64,000 nt of DNA. Origin: Azolla caroliniana (lineage: Eukaryota; Plantae; Polypodiophyta). Made by a program: the position numbers and the translations under genes. The notes beneath the pieces were generated by a model. That model did not search any database and had not been told where the DNA came from. It saw only the letters and a program-made list of their open reading frames with translations. Shown here piece by piece: positions 35,531-48,387 of the stretch; within the stretch, counting starts at the first letter, position 1; each line of letters opens with the position of its first letter. The stretch spans positions 13,578,001 through 13,642,000 of the forward strand of contig JBHGNT010000018.1 of NCBI GenBank assembly GCA_043228905.1, read 5' to 3'.

Positions 35531-37113
35531 CCGGAAGGCCCAAGTATGTGAAGCCTGCCAACTCGGGAAGCAACACCGGCTTCCATTCCCTACCGAACGT
35601 AACCGGAGCCGTAACAAGCTCGACCTAATCCATTCGGATGTGTGGGGAAGGGCACAGAGTGTTAGTCTTGGCGGGAGTCGATACTTCGTCTCCTTCATCG
35701 ACGACTATACGCGGCACACATGGATCTACCTCATTGAGCATAAGAGTGAAGTCTTCAAGTGTTTCCGGAGTCTCCAAATCATGGTGGAACGGGAATCAGA
35801 GAGGAAGATCAAATGCCTGCGGTCGGATGGCGGGAAAGAATACTTTTTTGGCCAATTCAACAGTTATCTACAGCAAACGGGAATTCGGCGAGAGTTCAGC
35901 TGCAGATACACACCCCAATAGAACGGTGTTGCCAAGAGGAAGAACCGGTCGCTTATCGATGCGGCAAGGGCAATGCTGGAGGAGAAGAGCATGCCCAAAT
36001 TCTATTGGGCGGAGGCAGTCCGAACGGCTGTCTACATCCAGAACTGGATCGGTGACAAGGTGTCAGCTCACGAGCTGTATTTCAGGCGGAAGCCGAATTT
36101 GAGACACCTTAAGATTTTCGGTAGCATTGCATTTCTGCATGTACCGGATGAGAAGCGGAGGAAGCTGGATGCAAAATCGGAAAAATGCATCCTAGTCGGC
36201 TATGATCAAGAGCAAAAGGGTTATAAGTGTTATAACCCCCGGACAAAGCAGGTTTGAATTAGTCGAGATGTCGAGTTTGATGAATCGGCATCGTGGTACT
36301 CCTTACCGACTCTGACTTCTGAATCTGACCCGATGCCGGTGGATGAGGCTAGTGATCCTAAACCGCCCCAGGTAGAGGATGATGAAGTGTGGACTCAGGA
36401 TGAGATTCCGGAATCGTTCCGTTGAGTGGGCCGAATGAGAGACTGAGTCAGTCTGACCAGTTCGATGAGGAACTGCCCAGTAGTGGAGACTCTGTTGTGC
36501 ACTCCTAGCGCAAGGAACCGAGGAGACGGTTCACGCGCAAAGAGAAGGGGAAGAAGAAGATGCAGGAATTCGAATCTGGCAACGATGAGTCAAATCGGTG
36601 TACATCCGACTCCGGCAAGGAGAAAGGCGGATCTTCGGCAATGAAGACCGAATTGGCTAAGAAGGGCCTCAAACTGGGTAACGGTGAGTTACGTCGATCT
36701 ACCCGCCAAAAGGATCTCGTCAAGCGGTACGGGTACAATGAGTACATGGCGCATCACTATGCGTACATGACTAAGGTGGCGGAAGTGCATGAGCTGGAGA
36801 ACTACGCAGAAGCGGCCAAGGACGCAAATTGGTGTGTTGCTATGGAGGAAGAAATGCGCGCACTTGATGTCAACAAGACATGGGACCTGGTTGACCCTCC
36901 TCGTCACTGTAAACCGATCGGATGCAAGTGGATATACAAAGTAAATTACAACGCCGATGGTTTAGTTAACCGGTACAAGGCCCAGTTAGTGGCGAAAGGA
37001 TATGCGCAGATCCACGGAATCGACTATGATGAGACCTTCACTCCTGTAGCGAAGATGACGACGGTTCGAGTGGTGCTGGCGGTTGCTGCAGCAAGGGGGT
37101 GGCATCCTCATCA
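35530..37113 (+). pseudogene. Second Bryco-like copy (integrase to RT start) fused to the previous one
   Basis: Repeats the homologous segment of 32340-33830. Interrupted at the WH(L)H(Q) codons by an LTR. Confidence 0.85.
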
Positions 37114-40100
37114 TGTTGGGAGACAGGTCCCTCCAGATGGGAAGGGAGAAGATCAGTGACGATGAACAAACTCGGCCGAGGCCGAAACCGTATGAGGAGG
37201 ACCCCGGCTACGGAGAGCCGGATGGTGCAGGCCCGGTATGAACCGGATGAGGAGTACCCGGCTACGGAGAGCCGGATGGTGCAGACCCGGTATGAACCGG
37301 AGGAAGAGACATATTCGTAAATATGTTTCTGAGAGCCCATTGTGGCTATATTTGTAAATAGCCGAAAAGTTCTATTAGTATAAATATGACTTAGGGCAAA
37401 CTAATATTATGTTGTTGTCATTCTTCCTTGTTTGTGCAAGAAGAAACGAGAGTGCGTAATTGTACAGAGAGAGAGAGAGAGAGACGAGGTCGTTGCCTCT
37501 ATTGTAACCGCCGCCTGTGGCGAAGACTTGTGAGCACGAGGTCGGTGCCTCAGTGAACTCACTGTTGTATATTCCTACATAGTGACAGTTTGCAGCCTGT
37601 GGGCTGCCGTGGTTTTTCCCCTAGTTTGGGGTTTTCCACGTAAACATTCTGTGTACCATTTTTCTCTCCTTTGTGTTGTGTGCATTTCGTTTCCTGTTTT
37701 TCCTGTGTATGAAAAGAAGCTCGGTTGTGGCCGAGCGTTGCGCATAAGGAACGACAAGTTCCCGTCAAGTGGTATCAGAGCAAAATCGACACAGAAAATG
37801 GACGAATCGTTTGGCGGCATGTTCAAGCTCACCGGCTCCAACTACTCAGTGTGGAAGTCGAAGATGAGGGACATGCTCATGGTTAAAGACCTCTGGCTGC
37901 CGGTTTAGTTCGGGGACAAGAGACCGGACAAAATCGACACCACGATATGGGAGGTGATGCACATGAAGACAACGGCGTACATACGGTGCTTCATCGACAT
38001 GAGCCTGTACAACAACTTCAATGAAGAGAGCAAGGCTCATGAGCTCTGGGAGAAGATCGGCATAATGTTCCAAAACAAAAATGTTGTTAACCAGGTTTCG
38101 GTATTCCAGAAGCTAGTAAGACTCCGGTACCAAGATGGCTCCAGCATGGCGGAGCACATGAATGCCTTCCAGGGGCTGATCCACTAGGCAACGTCATTGG
38201 AAGTACCTCTTGCCGATGAGGTACTAGCACTACTCCTGCTCGGTTCCCTCCCGGATAGCTGGGAGACGTTGGTTGTCACTTTGGGCAACGCCGGGCCGGA
38301 AGGAAAACGGTTATCCCTAGCAAGAGTAAAGCCGAGCTTGCTAGATGAGGAGGCGCGTCGGAAAGATAAAGATACGAGCTCCGACTCCAAAGTGCTCCTT
38401 ACCGAATCGGAACGCGGAAGACATAGAAACCGTAGTCCCTAGAACCGGGAGAAGTCGGGGACACGGTCAAAGTCAAGGAGGAGGCCCACTTGCTTCTATT
38501 GCGGCAAGCCGGGTCACTTCCAAAAGAACTGTCGGCATTTCCGTAAAGACAAGGAAACCGACGGTACCGATTCGAAGCAAACCCCGGACCGGAACGGTAA
38601 AGACCGGAGGGGACCGGACCGGAAGGGAACGACGGCAATCGCGGCAAGTGAAGAGGAGTTGATGCTCATCACCGAGGAGAGTGAGATAAACCTTGCGGGC
38701 GACGAGATGACCTGGGTGGTAGACTCCGGAGCGTCGTTCCACCTTACCCCGGACCGGAAATGCTTCTCATCCTACTCATCCGGTGACCACGGCTGTGTCC
38801 GGATGGGGAATGAAGGTACATGCCGAATTGTCGGCATAGGAGACGTGTGGCTGACAACACCAACCGGATGCAAGTTGCTGCTGAAGGATGTCTGACACGT
38901 TCCGGAAGTTCGTCTGAACCTGATATCAGCCGGTCGGCTAGATGATGAAGGCTACACGGGTAGCATCCGGAACGGTGTCATGAAGTTCAGCAAAGGGAGC
39001 CTGATCGTGGCTCGGGCCCAGAAGGTAAACACGTTGTCGCGTTGTTACGCGCGTGTGTGTAGAAGGGGCGGGACCGCGGGGGTCTTGGACTAGGGAGTGG
39101 AGGAGAAAGAATAGGACATAATATGGAGGCTTAGCTCAAGAGGAGAAGAGGAAAGAATAAGATCACGACATCGAAGGAGGGATCGGCGGAGGCAAGATGC
39201 TCAACAAGTTATATTAAAACAACGAATGGTTACAACAATGGTGGCCGCCATGGCCGCACCAAAATGACTATCCGAAAACCCTAAAGGGAAACCCAAGAAG
39301 AAAACCCTAACCGAAACCCTAACCCTAAAACGAAATGGGAAGAGGGAGAACCCTAGACTAAGTGGTATACCTTACTCGCACAAAATAGGCAACCCCTTCA
39401 TAAGTGACCCCTCCCTTCCTTTTATAGCCCAAGGAGGGAGGGACCTTACAATGTGGGACAAAATTTTCCCCTCTCTTTCTATACACCATATCCTAGTATA
39501 CATGTGCACATGTTGCACACCACCGACTTGCCCCTTCCACCCCGGTTTCCGCCTATGGACGAAAATCTTCACGACAACGTTGTACCTGATTAATGCCCGG
39601 TTATGTCCGGAAGAAGGTAGAGCAGCTAGACGTGAAGACGGCATTCCTTCGCGGCGACCTCGAAGAGGAGATCTACATGCAGCAACCGGAAGGATTTGTG
39701 GAGACAGGGAAGGAGCACCTGGTATGCGGGTTGAAGAAGAGCTTGTACGGACTGAAGCAGACTCCCCGGCAATGGTACCGGAAGTTCGACTCCTTCATGA
39801 CCAATCAAGGGTACCACAAGACGCAGGCCGATCACTGCGTGTTTGTGAAGAAGTTCGAAGGAGGAGACTTCTTGATACTTCTCCTATACGTGGATGACAT
39901 GTTGATCGTCGAACGAGACCAAGTAAAAATACGGATGCTGAAGAAGGCTCTAAACCGGACCTTCTCAATGAAAGACTTGGGTCCGGCAAGATAGATATTG
40001 GGGATGCACATCATTCGGGACAGTTAAAGAAGCAACTATGGCTGTCACAGGAGAAGTATGTGACAAAGGTGCTTCACCGGTTCAACATGTTAGAAGTGAA

Positions 40101-40774
40101 ACCAGTCGGATCGACACTTCCGGCAAACTGCAGGCTATCCGGCAAGCGAAGCCCGAAGACGAAAGGAGAGAAGGCAGATATGATGAAGATTCCATATGCC
40201 TCTGCCGTCGGGAGCTTGATGTACGTAATGGTTTGTACCCGACCAGATATTGGATACGCAGTCAGAATGGTGAGCCGGTTTATGAGCAATCCCGACAAGG
40301 AGCACTGGAACGCAGTCAAATGGATACTCCGGTATTTGAAGGGCACTTCAAATATGTGTCTCCGATTCGGCTCCGGAAAACCTCAACTGAACGGTTTCAC
40401 CGATTCGGACATGTCGGCTGATGTGGATACCAGCCGGTCTACATCCGGGTATGTGATGACATATGCAGGGGGAGCTGTTTCGTGGCAGTCGAGGTTGCAG
40501 AAGACGGTTCCATTGTCAACCACAGAGGCGGGGTACATGGCGGTTGTGGAAGCCGGCAAGGAAATATTATGGATGAAGGACTTCATCGGAGAGCTCAGTA
40601 TCCGGCAAGAGGAATACCGACTCTACTGCGACAGTCAAAGTGCCATCCACCTTGCTAAGAATGCGGCCTACCATTCCCGGACGAAGCATATCCAGCGGAG
40701 GTATCACTAGATCCGGGAAAGAGTAGATGACCAGGAGTTCGCATTGACGAAGATCCACACGGCCGAGAACGGGT
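37114..40774 (+). mobile_element. Truncated, internally deleted Tork-like copia
   Basis: 5' LTR 37114-~37767, PBS TGGTATCAGAGC 37770-37781, gag MDESFGGMFKLTGSNY. Integrase deleted near 39615. RT and RH similar to 46050-47200. Confidence 0.88.
39035..39576 (-). mobile_element. Solo LTR of the 4-bp-TSD family
   Basis: TGTCG..CGACA termini and TSD ACGT. Ends are homologous to 59677-60417. Removal restores KVNTLYL. Confidence 0.9.
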
Positions 40775-41293
40775 GGATGGCACTTTGACTGTCGCAATAG
40801 AGTCGGTATTCCTCTTGCCGGATACCGAGCTCTCCGATGAAGTCCTTCATCCATAATATTTCCTTGCCGGCTTCCACAACCGCCATGTACTCCGCCTCTG
40901 TGGTTGACAATGCAACCGTCTTCTGCAACCTCGACTGCCACGAAACAGCTCCCCCTGCATATGTCATCACATACCCGGATGTAGACCGGCTGGTATCCAC
41001 ATCAGGCGACATGTCCGAATCGGTGAAACCGTTTAGTTGAGGTTTTCCGGAGCCGAATCGGAGACACATATTTGAAGTGCCCTTCAAATACCGGAGTATC
41101 CACTTGACCGCGTTCTAGTGCTCCTTGCTGGGATTGCTCATAAACCGGCTCACCACTCCGACTGCGTATCCAATATCCGGTCGGGTACAAACCATTGCGT
41201 ACATCAAGCTCCCGACGACAGAGGCATATGGAATCTTCATCATATCTGCATTGTTCTTCTTCCTTCCCATCTTGAGGGACTTGTTTCCCAACA
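40772..41293 (-). mobile_element. Inverted Tork-like RT/RH fragment plus a 44-bp LTR start
   Basis: 40772-41249 is the near-identical reverse complement of 40174-40651. 41250-41293 is the reverse complement of an LTR 5' end (TGTTGGGAAACAAGTCCC). Confidence 0.9.
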
Positions 41294-42492
41294 CTGTGAA
41301 GCCATTTGGCTTCGGCGACTGCTGCAAGACTTACGGATCGAGGTACCAACCCCGATTCTGGTCTACTACGACAACATAAGCAACATGCAACTCACCAAGA
41401 ACCCTGTTTTCCATGCTCGCACAAAACACATAGAAGTGCACTATCACTTCGTGCGTGAGCGTGTCCTGAGCGGTGAGGTTGACCTTCGATATGTTCACAC
41501 GGATCGGCAATTTGCCGACATCTTCACCAAACCACTCGGCTCGGACAAGATGCAGCACTTCACCGAAATGCTTGGTGTTCAGCATCTCGACATGCCACAG
41601 TTGAGGGGGAGAACGAGCAAAGACACCGGAACGGGCAAAGGCAAAGAGACTGCCGATTTCGCCGGTGAGGGAAGAACAAAAGGCAGCAGAGTCAAGAAGG
41701 ATAGAGCCGACCAAAGGAAGAAGGCCAAGACCCGGACATGGTCTGATGTGGTGAAGAGCTTGGAACCAAAAGACGAATCGGGAGCAACCGATTCGGACAA
41801 GAGCTGGAACGAATCAGAGACACTCGATTTGGTTCAACCGACAGATTCGGAAGAACCGGATCAATTCAAGGCCATGCAAACACGGATGCAGCGGAAGTCA
41901 ATGCCACCGCGGAGGAACCGACGGATCGGCAAGCACCGGAGTCATAGCAGCGAAGGAGCTGAGAGGGGCCTATTGAGCAGACATACCGACCGAGAAGATC
42001 GAGGCGCGCAGAACAAGAGGGGTCGCGGCAAACAGAACCGGACCGGACGGGGAGCACGAGCAAGGCGGAGCAACCCCAGGAGAAATCGGTTGGAAGAACC
42101 GACTGCCACAGAGACTGACACTAGGATCCAACCTCAAGTTGAGCTTGAAGGGGAGTGTTGAGCGACAAGCTCAACTGGAGCCAGATCGGCTGAATAAGCC
42201 TGAGCCGGAAAGCAAGACGGATCGGTAAGCTGTGAGCAACCGAGCTGACAAGCAACAGAGCCAGTGAGCTCGGGACCCGGTTAGCCGGATCCAATCAGTA
42301 ACCGGAAGCCTAGTATTAGTGTAGACTACTAGGCAATTATAGTCTCGTAGTAAGTGACAGATGCTCGTGTGAGCATTGAAGTACGCGGTACTTCTGTCAG
42401 TCCCACGAGGACTTGTATAAATAATGCTACTAAGCATAGTTGTATGTACAGAGTAATTATATCATTTTTTAATATAGCTTTTACGTTCTGCT
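41294..42492 (+). mobile_element. Bryco-like RNase H end, in-frame 3' extension, PPT and 3' LTR (42156-42492, resumes 47929-48005)
   Basis: CEAIWLRRLL..HARTKHIEVHYHFVRE..ADIFTKPL. GAAGGGGAG-TGTTGAG junction. Confidence 0.88.
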
Positions 42493-45400
42493 TGTTGGGA
42501 TTACGGTCCCTCCGGATGGGATGGTCGGATGTCCGGGAATCGGAAATGAAGACCCGAATGAGATGAAGACCCGGTTCCGGATCCGGATGATGAAGACCCG
42601 GCTACGGAGCCGGATGATGAAGACCCCGGCTACGGAGCCGGATGACGAATGTACCCGGAGAGAGATCCGGATGCGGGGACATATTTGTGAATATGTTTGC
42701 CAAGGGCCCTTGAGGCTATATTTGTAAATAGCCCGAAAGTCATATGTGTATAAATATGACTTAGGGCAAACAATTTTTGGCTGTTACTCATTTTTCTGGT
42801 TTTCCACTTAGAGGGAGCTAAGTGTGCAGCAGAGAGAGAGAGAGAGACGAAGAGGTCGTTGCCTCTGTGTATTACCGCCATTGGTTCTCTTGAAGTCATC
42901 TGGAACATCTCTATCTCGTTGATGTGTTTTGCTCCGACTTCTTGATCCTGCCGCCTGTGGCGAAGACAGTGAGCTCAAGGTTGTTGCCTTGTAGCTTCAC
43001 CATTGTACATCTCTGTTTATAGTGATAGTTGGAGTTTGAGGACTCCCGTGGTTTTTCCCATTTAGGGTTTTCCACGTAAAACATCTTGTGTACTCTTCTC
43101 TCTATTGTCTTCGTGCATTTTGTATTTCCTGTTTTCTGCGAGTTGATCCTATTCCTCGGTTGTGGCCGAGCACTGTGTTTAACAAAGTGGTATCAGAGCG
43201 ACGGTAACACAGAAAATGGAAGGCGGCGGTAGTGGGCCTCCGGGCATGATGGTGTTGAACTCACAGAACTACGCCGACTGGAAGATAAAGATGGAAGACC
43301 TTCTCATCGTCCGAGACCTGTACGAACCGATCGACAATGCCGAGATACCCAAGGGGGTAATAGAGTCGGAGTGGAAGCTCCTGAACCGGAAAGCCGTAGC
43401 GACGATTCGGCAATATGTCGATGTAAGTGTCCTGCAACATGTGGCGAACGATACGAACGCCTATGAGATGTGGCAGAAGCTGTCCGGACTGTATGAGAGG
43501 AAGAATGCTCTGACCCGGACCTCCCTGATGAGGAAGATAGTGAATCTTAAGTACCGGGACGGCGAGAGCATGGTCAAACACGTCAGCACGTTCATGGGAT
43601 TCGTGAACCAGCTTGCGGCGATCAAGTTCCCGTTGGATGACGCAATGCAAGCCATCATGCTGATGTGTACCCTTCCGGAGAGCTGGGAGAACTTGGTAGT
43701 TACTCTCAGCACCTCCTGTAAGGAAGAGAACTTGGCTTTACTAACGGTAAAGACAAGTATTCTAAATGAAGAAGCGCGTCGGAGAGATAAAGAACCGGCC
43801 TCCGACTCGAAGGCGCTGCTTACCGAATCGGAACGGGGAAGACAACGGAACCGGAGTCCGCAAAGACGGGAGAAGTCGGGGACACGGTCGCAGTCGAGGG
43901 GAAGACCTACATGCTTCTACTGTGGGAAGCCGGGGCACTTCCAGAAGAACTGTCGGCATTTCCGGAAAGACAACGGAACCGACGGTACCGATTCGAAGAA
44001 GTCACTGGAGCGAAACGGTGCATACTGGGGAGCCACGGACCGGAGAGGTCCGGATCGGCGAGGGCAGGACCGGAAAGGAACGACGGCACTCGCGGCAAGT
44101 GAAGAAGAGATAATGCTCATTACCGAAGAGAGGGAGCTGAACCTTGCCGGTGAAGAGATGACCTGGGTGGTCGATTCCGGAGCGTCGTTCCACCTGACCC
44201 CGGAGAAGAAATACTTCTCATCCTACACAGCCGGTGAGCACGGTTGTGTCCAGATGGGAAATGAAGGTACATGCCGGATTTCCGGCATAGGAGACGTGTG
44301 GCTGATGACATCAACCGGATGCAAGATGCTGCTGAAGGATGTCCGACACGTTCCGGAGGTTCGATTGAACCTGATTTCGGCCGGGAGGCTAGACGATGAA
44401 GGCTACACGGGTAGCATCCGGAACGGTGTCATGAAGTTCAGCAAAGGGAGCCTGATAGTGGCTCGGGCTCGGAAGGTCAACACACTGTACCTGATGAATT
44501 CCCGGCTATGTCCGGAGGAGCTGAACGTGGCAGCTGACACTGCCGGTGAGCTGTGGCACAAGAGACTGTGCCACATGAGCGAGAAGGGGATGAAGAGGCT
44601 TGCCGAAGACAACCTGATACCGGTAAAGCACGTACACTTGGGGAAGTGTACCGACTGTCTGGCCGGTAAGCAAAACCGGACCTCCTTCCGCTCAAGACCA
44701 CCGATGAGACGTAGTGTACCATTGGAGTTGGTACACACTGATGTGTGTCAGGTAGAAACGAAGTCACATGGCGGAGCCCAGTACTTCGTAACATTCATAG
44801 ATGACCATAGCCGGAAGCTGTGGACGGCACCGTTGAAGACAAAGGACCAAGTATTGTCCGTCTTCAAAGAACTCCACGCGAGAGTGGAAAGAGAATCCGG
44901 CAAGAAGCTGAAAGCACTACGAGCGGATAACGGAGGAGAATACCGAGGGCAATTTGAGGAGTATTGTCGCTCGAAGGGAATCCGGCTCGAGTTTACTGTG
45001 CCGAAGACGCCGGAACTGAACGGGCTGGCCGAGAGGATGAACCGGACCATAATGGAGAGGGTCCGGAGTATGCTGGCGCATGCGAAATTACCCAAGGGGT
45101 TTTGGGCTGAGGCAATGTCGACGGCGACATACGTGATAAACAGATCACCCTCAGTACCTTTGGACGGAGACACGCCGCAAAGAGTGTGGACCGGTAGGGA
45201 AGTATCCTACCGGCATCTGAAGGTGTTCGGGTGTCTCGCATATGTGCATGTGGCAAAGGACCGGAGAGGAAAGCTAGATCCAAAGACCCGGCCATGCATA
45301 TTCCTCGGTTACGGCGATGACGAGTTCGGCTACCGAGTATGGGACCCGGTCGACAAAAAGATATTCCGGAGTCGTGATATCATCTTCATGGAGGACAAAA

Positions 45401-47923
45401 CATTCGCCGACTGGGAGTCGGAGAAGAAGATGAAGAGCTCCAAGTCGACCGGTGAGGATCAACTCTACGAGGAGCAGTCCCGACCGGCAAGGGACCGGTT
45501 AGCACTCGAGGATCCGGCCGAAGACGGTGAAGAAACAGAACCGGCCGAGGAAGATGAAACTGATACCGGAACCGGCCCCGATCCCGAAATGGATTCGGAT
45601 GAAGAGGAAACGGAGGAGCCGGTTACCGAAGCTCCGGAACGGAGATATCCTCTAAGAGAGAGAAGGGCCCCCCGGAGATTTCCGGAACCAGAGCACGTGC
45701 TGCTAACCGACGAGGGGGAGCCGGAGAGTTTTGAAGAAGCAAAGCTTGACACCCATAGCCGCAGGTGGTTAAGTGCCATGCAGGAGGAGATGGATTCCCT
45801 GCATGAGAACCACACATATGAACTTGTGGAGTTGCCGAAAGGAAAGCGGGCACTTCGAAACAAGTGGGTGTTCAAGCTGAAACCGGGAGATGCCTGAAAC
45901 CCCCCGAGATACAAAGCCAGGATCGTGGTGAAGGGGTTCCAGCAGAAGAAGGGCGTCGACTTCGACGAGATATTTGCCCCGGTAGTGAAGATGACCTCCA
46001 TCCGGACGGTGCTGAGCATAGCGGCAAGCATGGACCTCGAGGTAGAACAGATGGACGTGAAGACGGCATTCCTTCACGGTGACCTCGAAGAAGAGATCTA
46101 CATGCAGCAACCGGAAGGATTCGAGAAGAAAGGGAAGGAGCACCTGGTATGCCGGTTGAAGAAGAGCCTTTACGGACTGAAGCAGGCTCCCCGGCAGTGG
46201 TACCGGAAGTTCGACTCTTTCATGACCGACGAAGGGTACCACAAAACGCAGTCCGATCACTGCGTGTTTGTGAAGAAGTTCGAAGGAGGAGACTTTCTAA
46301 TACTCCTCCTGTACGTGGACGACATGTTGATCGTCGGACGGGACCAGGTCAAGATACGGATGCTGAAGAAAGCACTTCACCGAACCTTCTCAATGAAGGA
46401 CCTGGGTCCGGCGAGGCAAATACTAGGGATGCACATCATCCGGGACCGGAAGAAGAAGTAGTTGTGGCTGTCACAGGAGAAGTACGTGACAAAGGTGCTT
46501 CACCGGTTCAACATGTCGGAAGCAATACCGGTCGGGTCAACCCTCCCGGCAAACTGCAAGTTGTCCAGCAAGCAAAGCAACAAGACAAAGGCTGAGAAGG
46601 AGGACATGATGAAAGTACCATATGCCTCTGCCATCGGAAGCTTGATGTACGCAATGGTGTGTACAAGACCGGACATAGGATATGCAGTCGGAGTGGTGAG
46701 CCGGTACATGAGCAATCCCGGCAAGGAGCACTGGAACGCGGTCAAATGGATACTCCGATACTTAAAGGGCACTTCGAACATGTGCCTCCGATTTGGCTCC
46801 GGTAAGCCCGAACTCGATGGATTTACCGATTCGGACATGTCGGCTGATGCGGATACCAGCCGGTCTACATCTGGGTATGTAATGACATATGCAGGGGGAG
46901 CCGTTTCGTGGCAGTCGAGGTTGCAGAAGACGGTTGCATTGTCAACCACGGAGGCGGAGTACATGGCGGCTGTTGAAGCCGGCAAGGAAATAATATGGAT
47001 GAAGGACTTCATTAGAGAGCTCGGTATCCGGCAGGAGGAGTACCGGCTCTACTGCGATAGTCAGAGTGCCATCCACCTTGCGAAGAACGCGGCCTATCAC
47101 TCCCGGACGAAGCACATCCAGCGAAGATATCACTGGATCCGGGAAAGGATAGAAGACCAGGAGTTCGTGCTGACGAAGATCCACACGGACGAGAACGGGT
47201 CAGACATGCTGACCAAAGTGCTCACACCCGACAAGCTGGAAGCGTGCCGGAAGAGGGTCGGACTGGAAAGACATCCCATGCCGAAGTGAAGGGGGAGTTT
47301 GTTGGGATTACGGTCCCTCCGGATGGGATGGTCGGATGTCCGGGAATCGGAAATGAAGACCCGAATGAGATGAAGACCCGGTTCCGGATCCGGATGATGA
47401 AGACCCCGACTACGGAGCCGGATGATGAAGACCCCGGCTACGGAGCCGGATGACGAATGTACCCGGAGAGAGATCCGGATGCGGGGACATATTTGTGAAT
47501 ATGTTTGCCAAGGGCCCTTGAGGCTATATTTGTAAATAGCCCGAAAGTCATATGTGTATAAATATGACTTATGGCAAACAGTTTTTGGCTGTTACTCATT
47601 TTTCTGGTTTTCCACTTAGAGGGAGCTAAGTGTGCAGCAGAGAGAGAGAGAGAGAGAGACGAAGAGGTCGTTGCCTCTGTGTATTACCGCCGCCTGTGGC
47701 GAAGACAGTGAGCTCAAGGTTGTTGCCTTGTAGCTTCACCATTGTACATCTCTGTTTATAGTGATAGTTGGAGTTTGAGGACTCCCGTGGTTTTTCCCAT
47801 TTAGGGTTTTCCACGTAAAACATCCTGTGTACTCTTCTCTCTATTGTCTTCGTGCATTTTGTATTTCCTGTTTTCTGCGAGTTGATCCTATTCCTCGGTT
47901 GTGGCCGAGCACTGTGTTTAACA
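42493..47923 (+). mobile_element. Full-length Tork/Tnt1-like Ty1/copia retrotransposon
   Basis: LTRs at 42493-43184 and 47300-47923. TSD CTGCT. PBS-Met at 43188-43199. PPT GAAGGGGGAG at 47288-47297. Confidence 0.97.
43216..47289 (+). pseudogene. gag-pol polyprotein in a single frame with two nonsense codons (45895 TGA, 46459 TAG)
   Basis: CFYCGKPGHFQKNC, WVVDSGAS, HTDVC..DNGGEY..AERMNR, LLYVDDM, RTKHIQRRYH. The three ORFs share one frame. Confidence 0.93.
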
Positions 47924-48375
47924 CTGCTCTCTCTGTCTCTCCTGCGTACTCTGTGTATTCACTACTTTCTCTGTTTTCTATCGCTTCCGCAAGTAATCAT
48001 TTACATACCATATATTGTAATACATAGGATATTATTTTCATTTAATTTTTATTATAGGAAACTAATGTATATTCCAAATTTCTCTGGAACATTCTAGAAG
48101 CTTAAGGACTCCTCCTCAGAACACTATAAAAGGAGGCACAAGGCATTATGTTGAACCAAATTGGTTCAACGTCAGTCTTAAGCCTCATAGTCATCTTGTA
48201 GTTACTCTTCATATAATATATCATCTGTTATCATCATCTCTCTCTCTCTCTCTCATCCTTGCTATCTCTCTCTCTCTCTCTCGGGAGTCTTACGCAGTCC
48301 CGTCCTCTTAGTACTAATAGTACTTCCCTTCTCCCGTTCTAATTCTCTCTCTGTTTTAGTACTATTCCTAACAGT

Positions 48376-48387
48376 TTGAACCAATTT
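48376..48387 (+). promoter_or_regulatory. Self-priming PBS
   Basis: TTGAACCAATTT is the exact complement of AAATTGGTTCAA (48158-48169), about 30 nt downstream of TATAAA at 48125. Confidence 0.8.

Noticed and set aside
41118-42161. 347-aa ORF as a novel gene
   Set aside because: It is a chimera of antisense RT, an inverted LTR start and copia RNase H created by the rearrangement.
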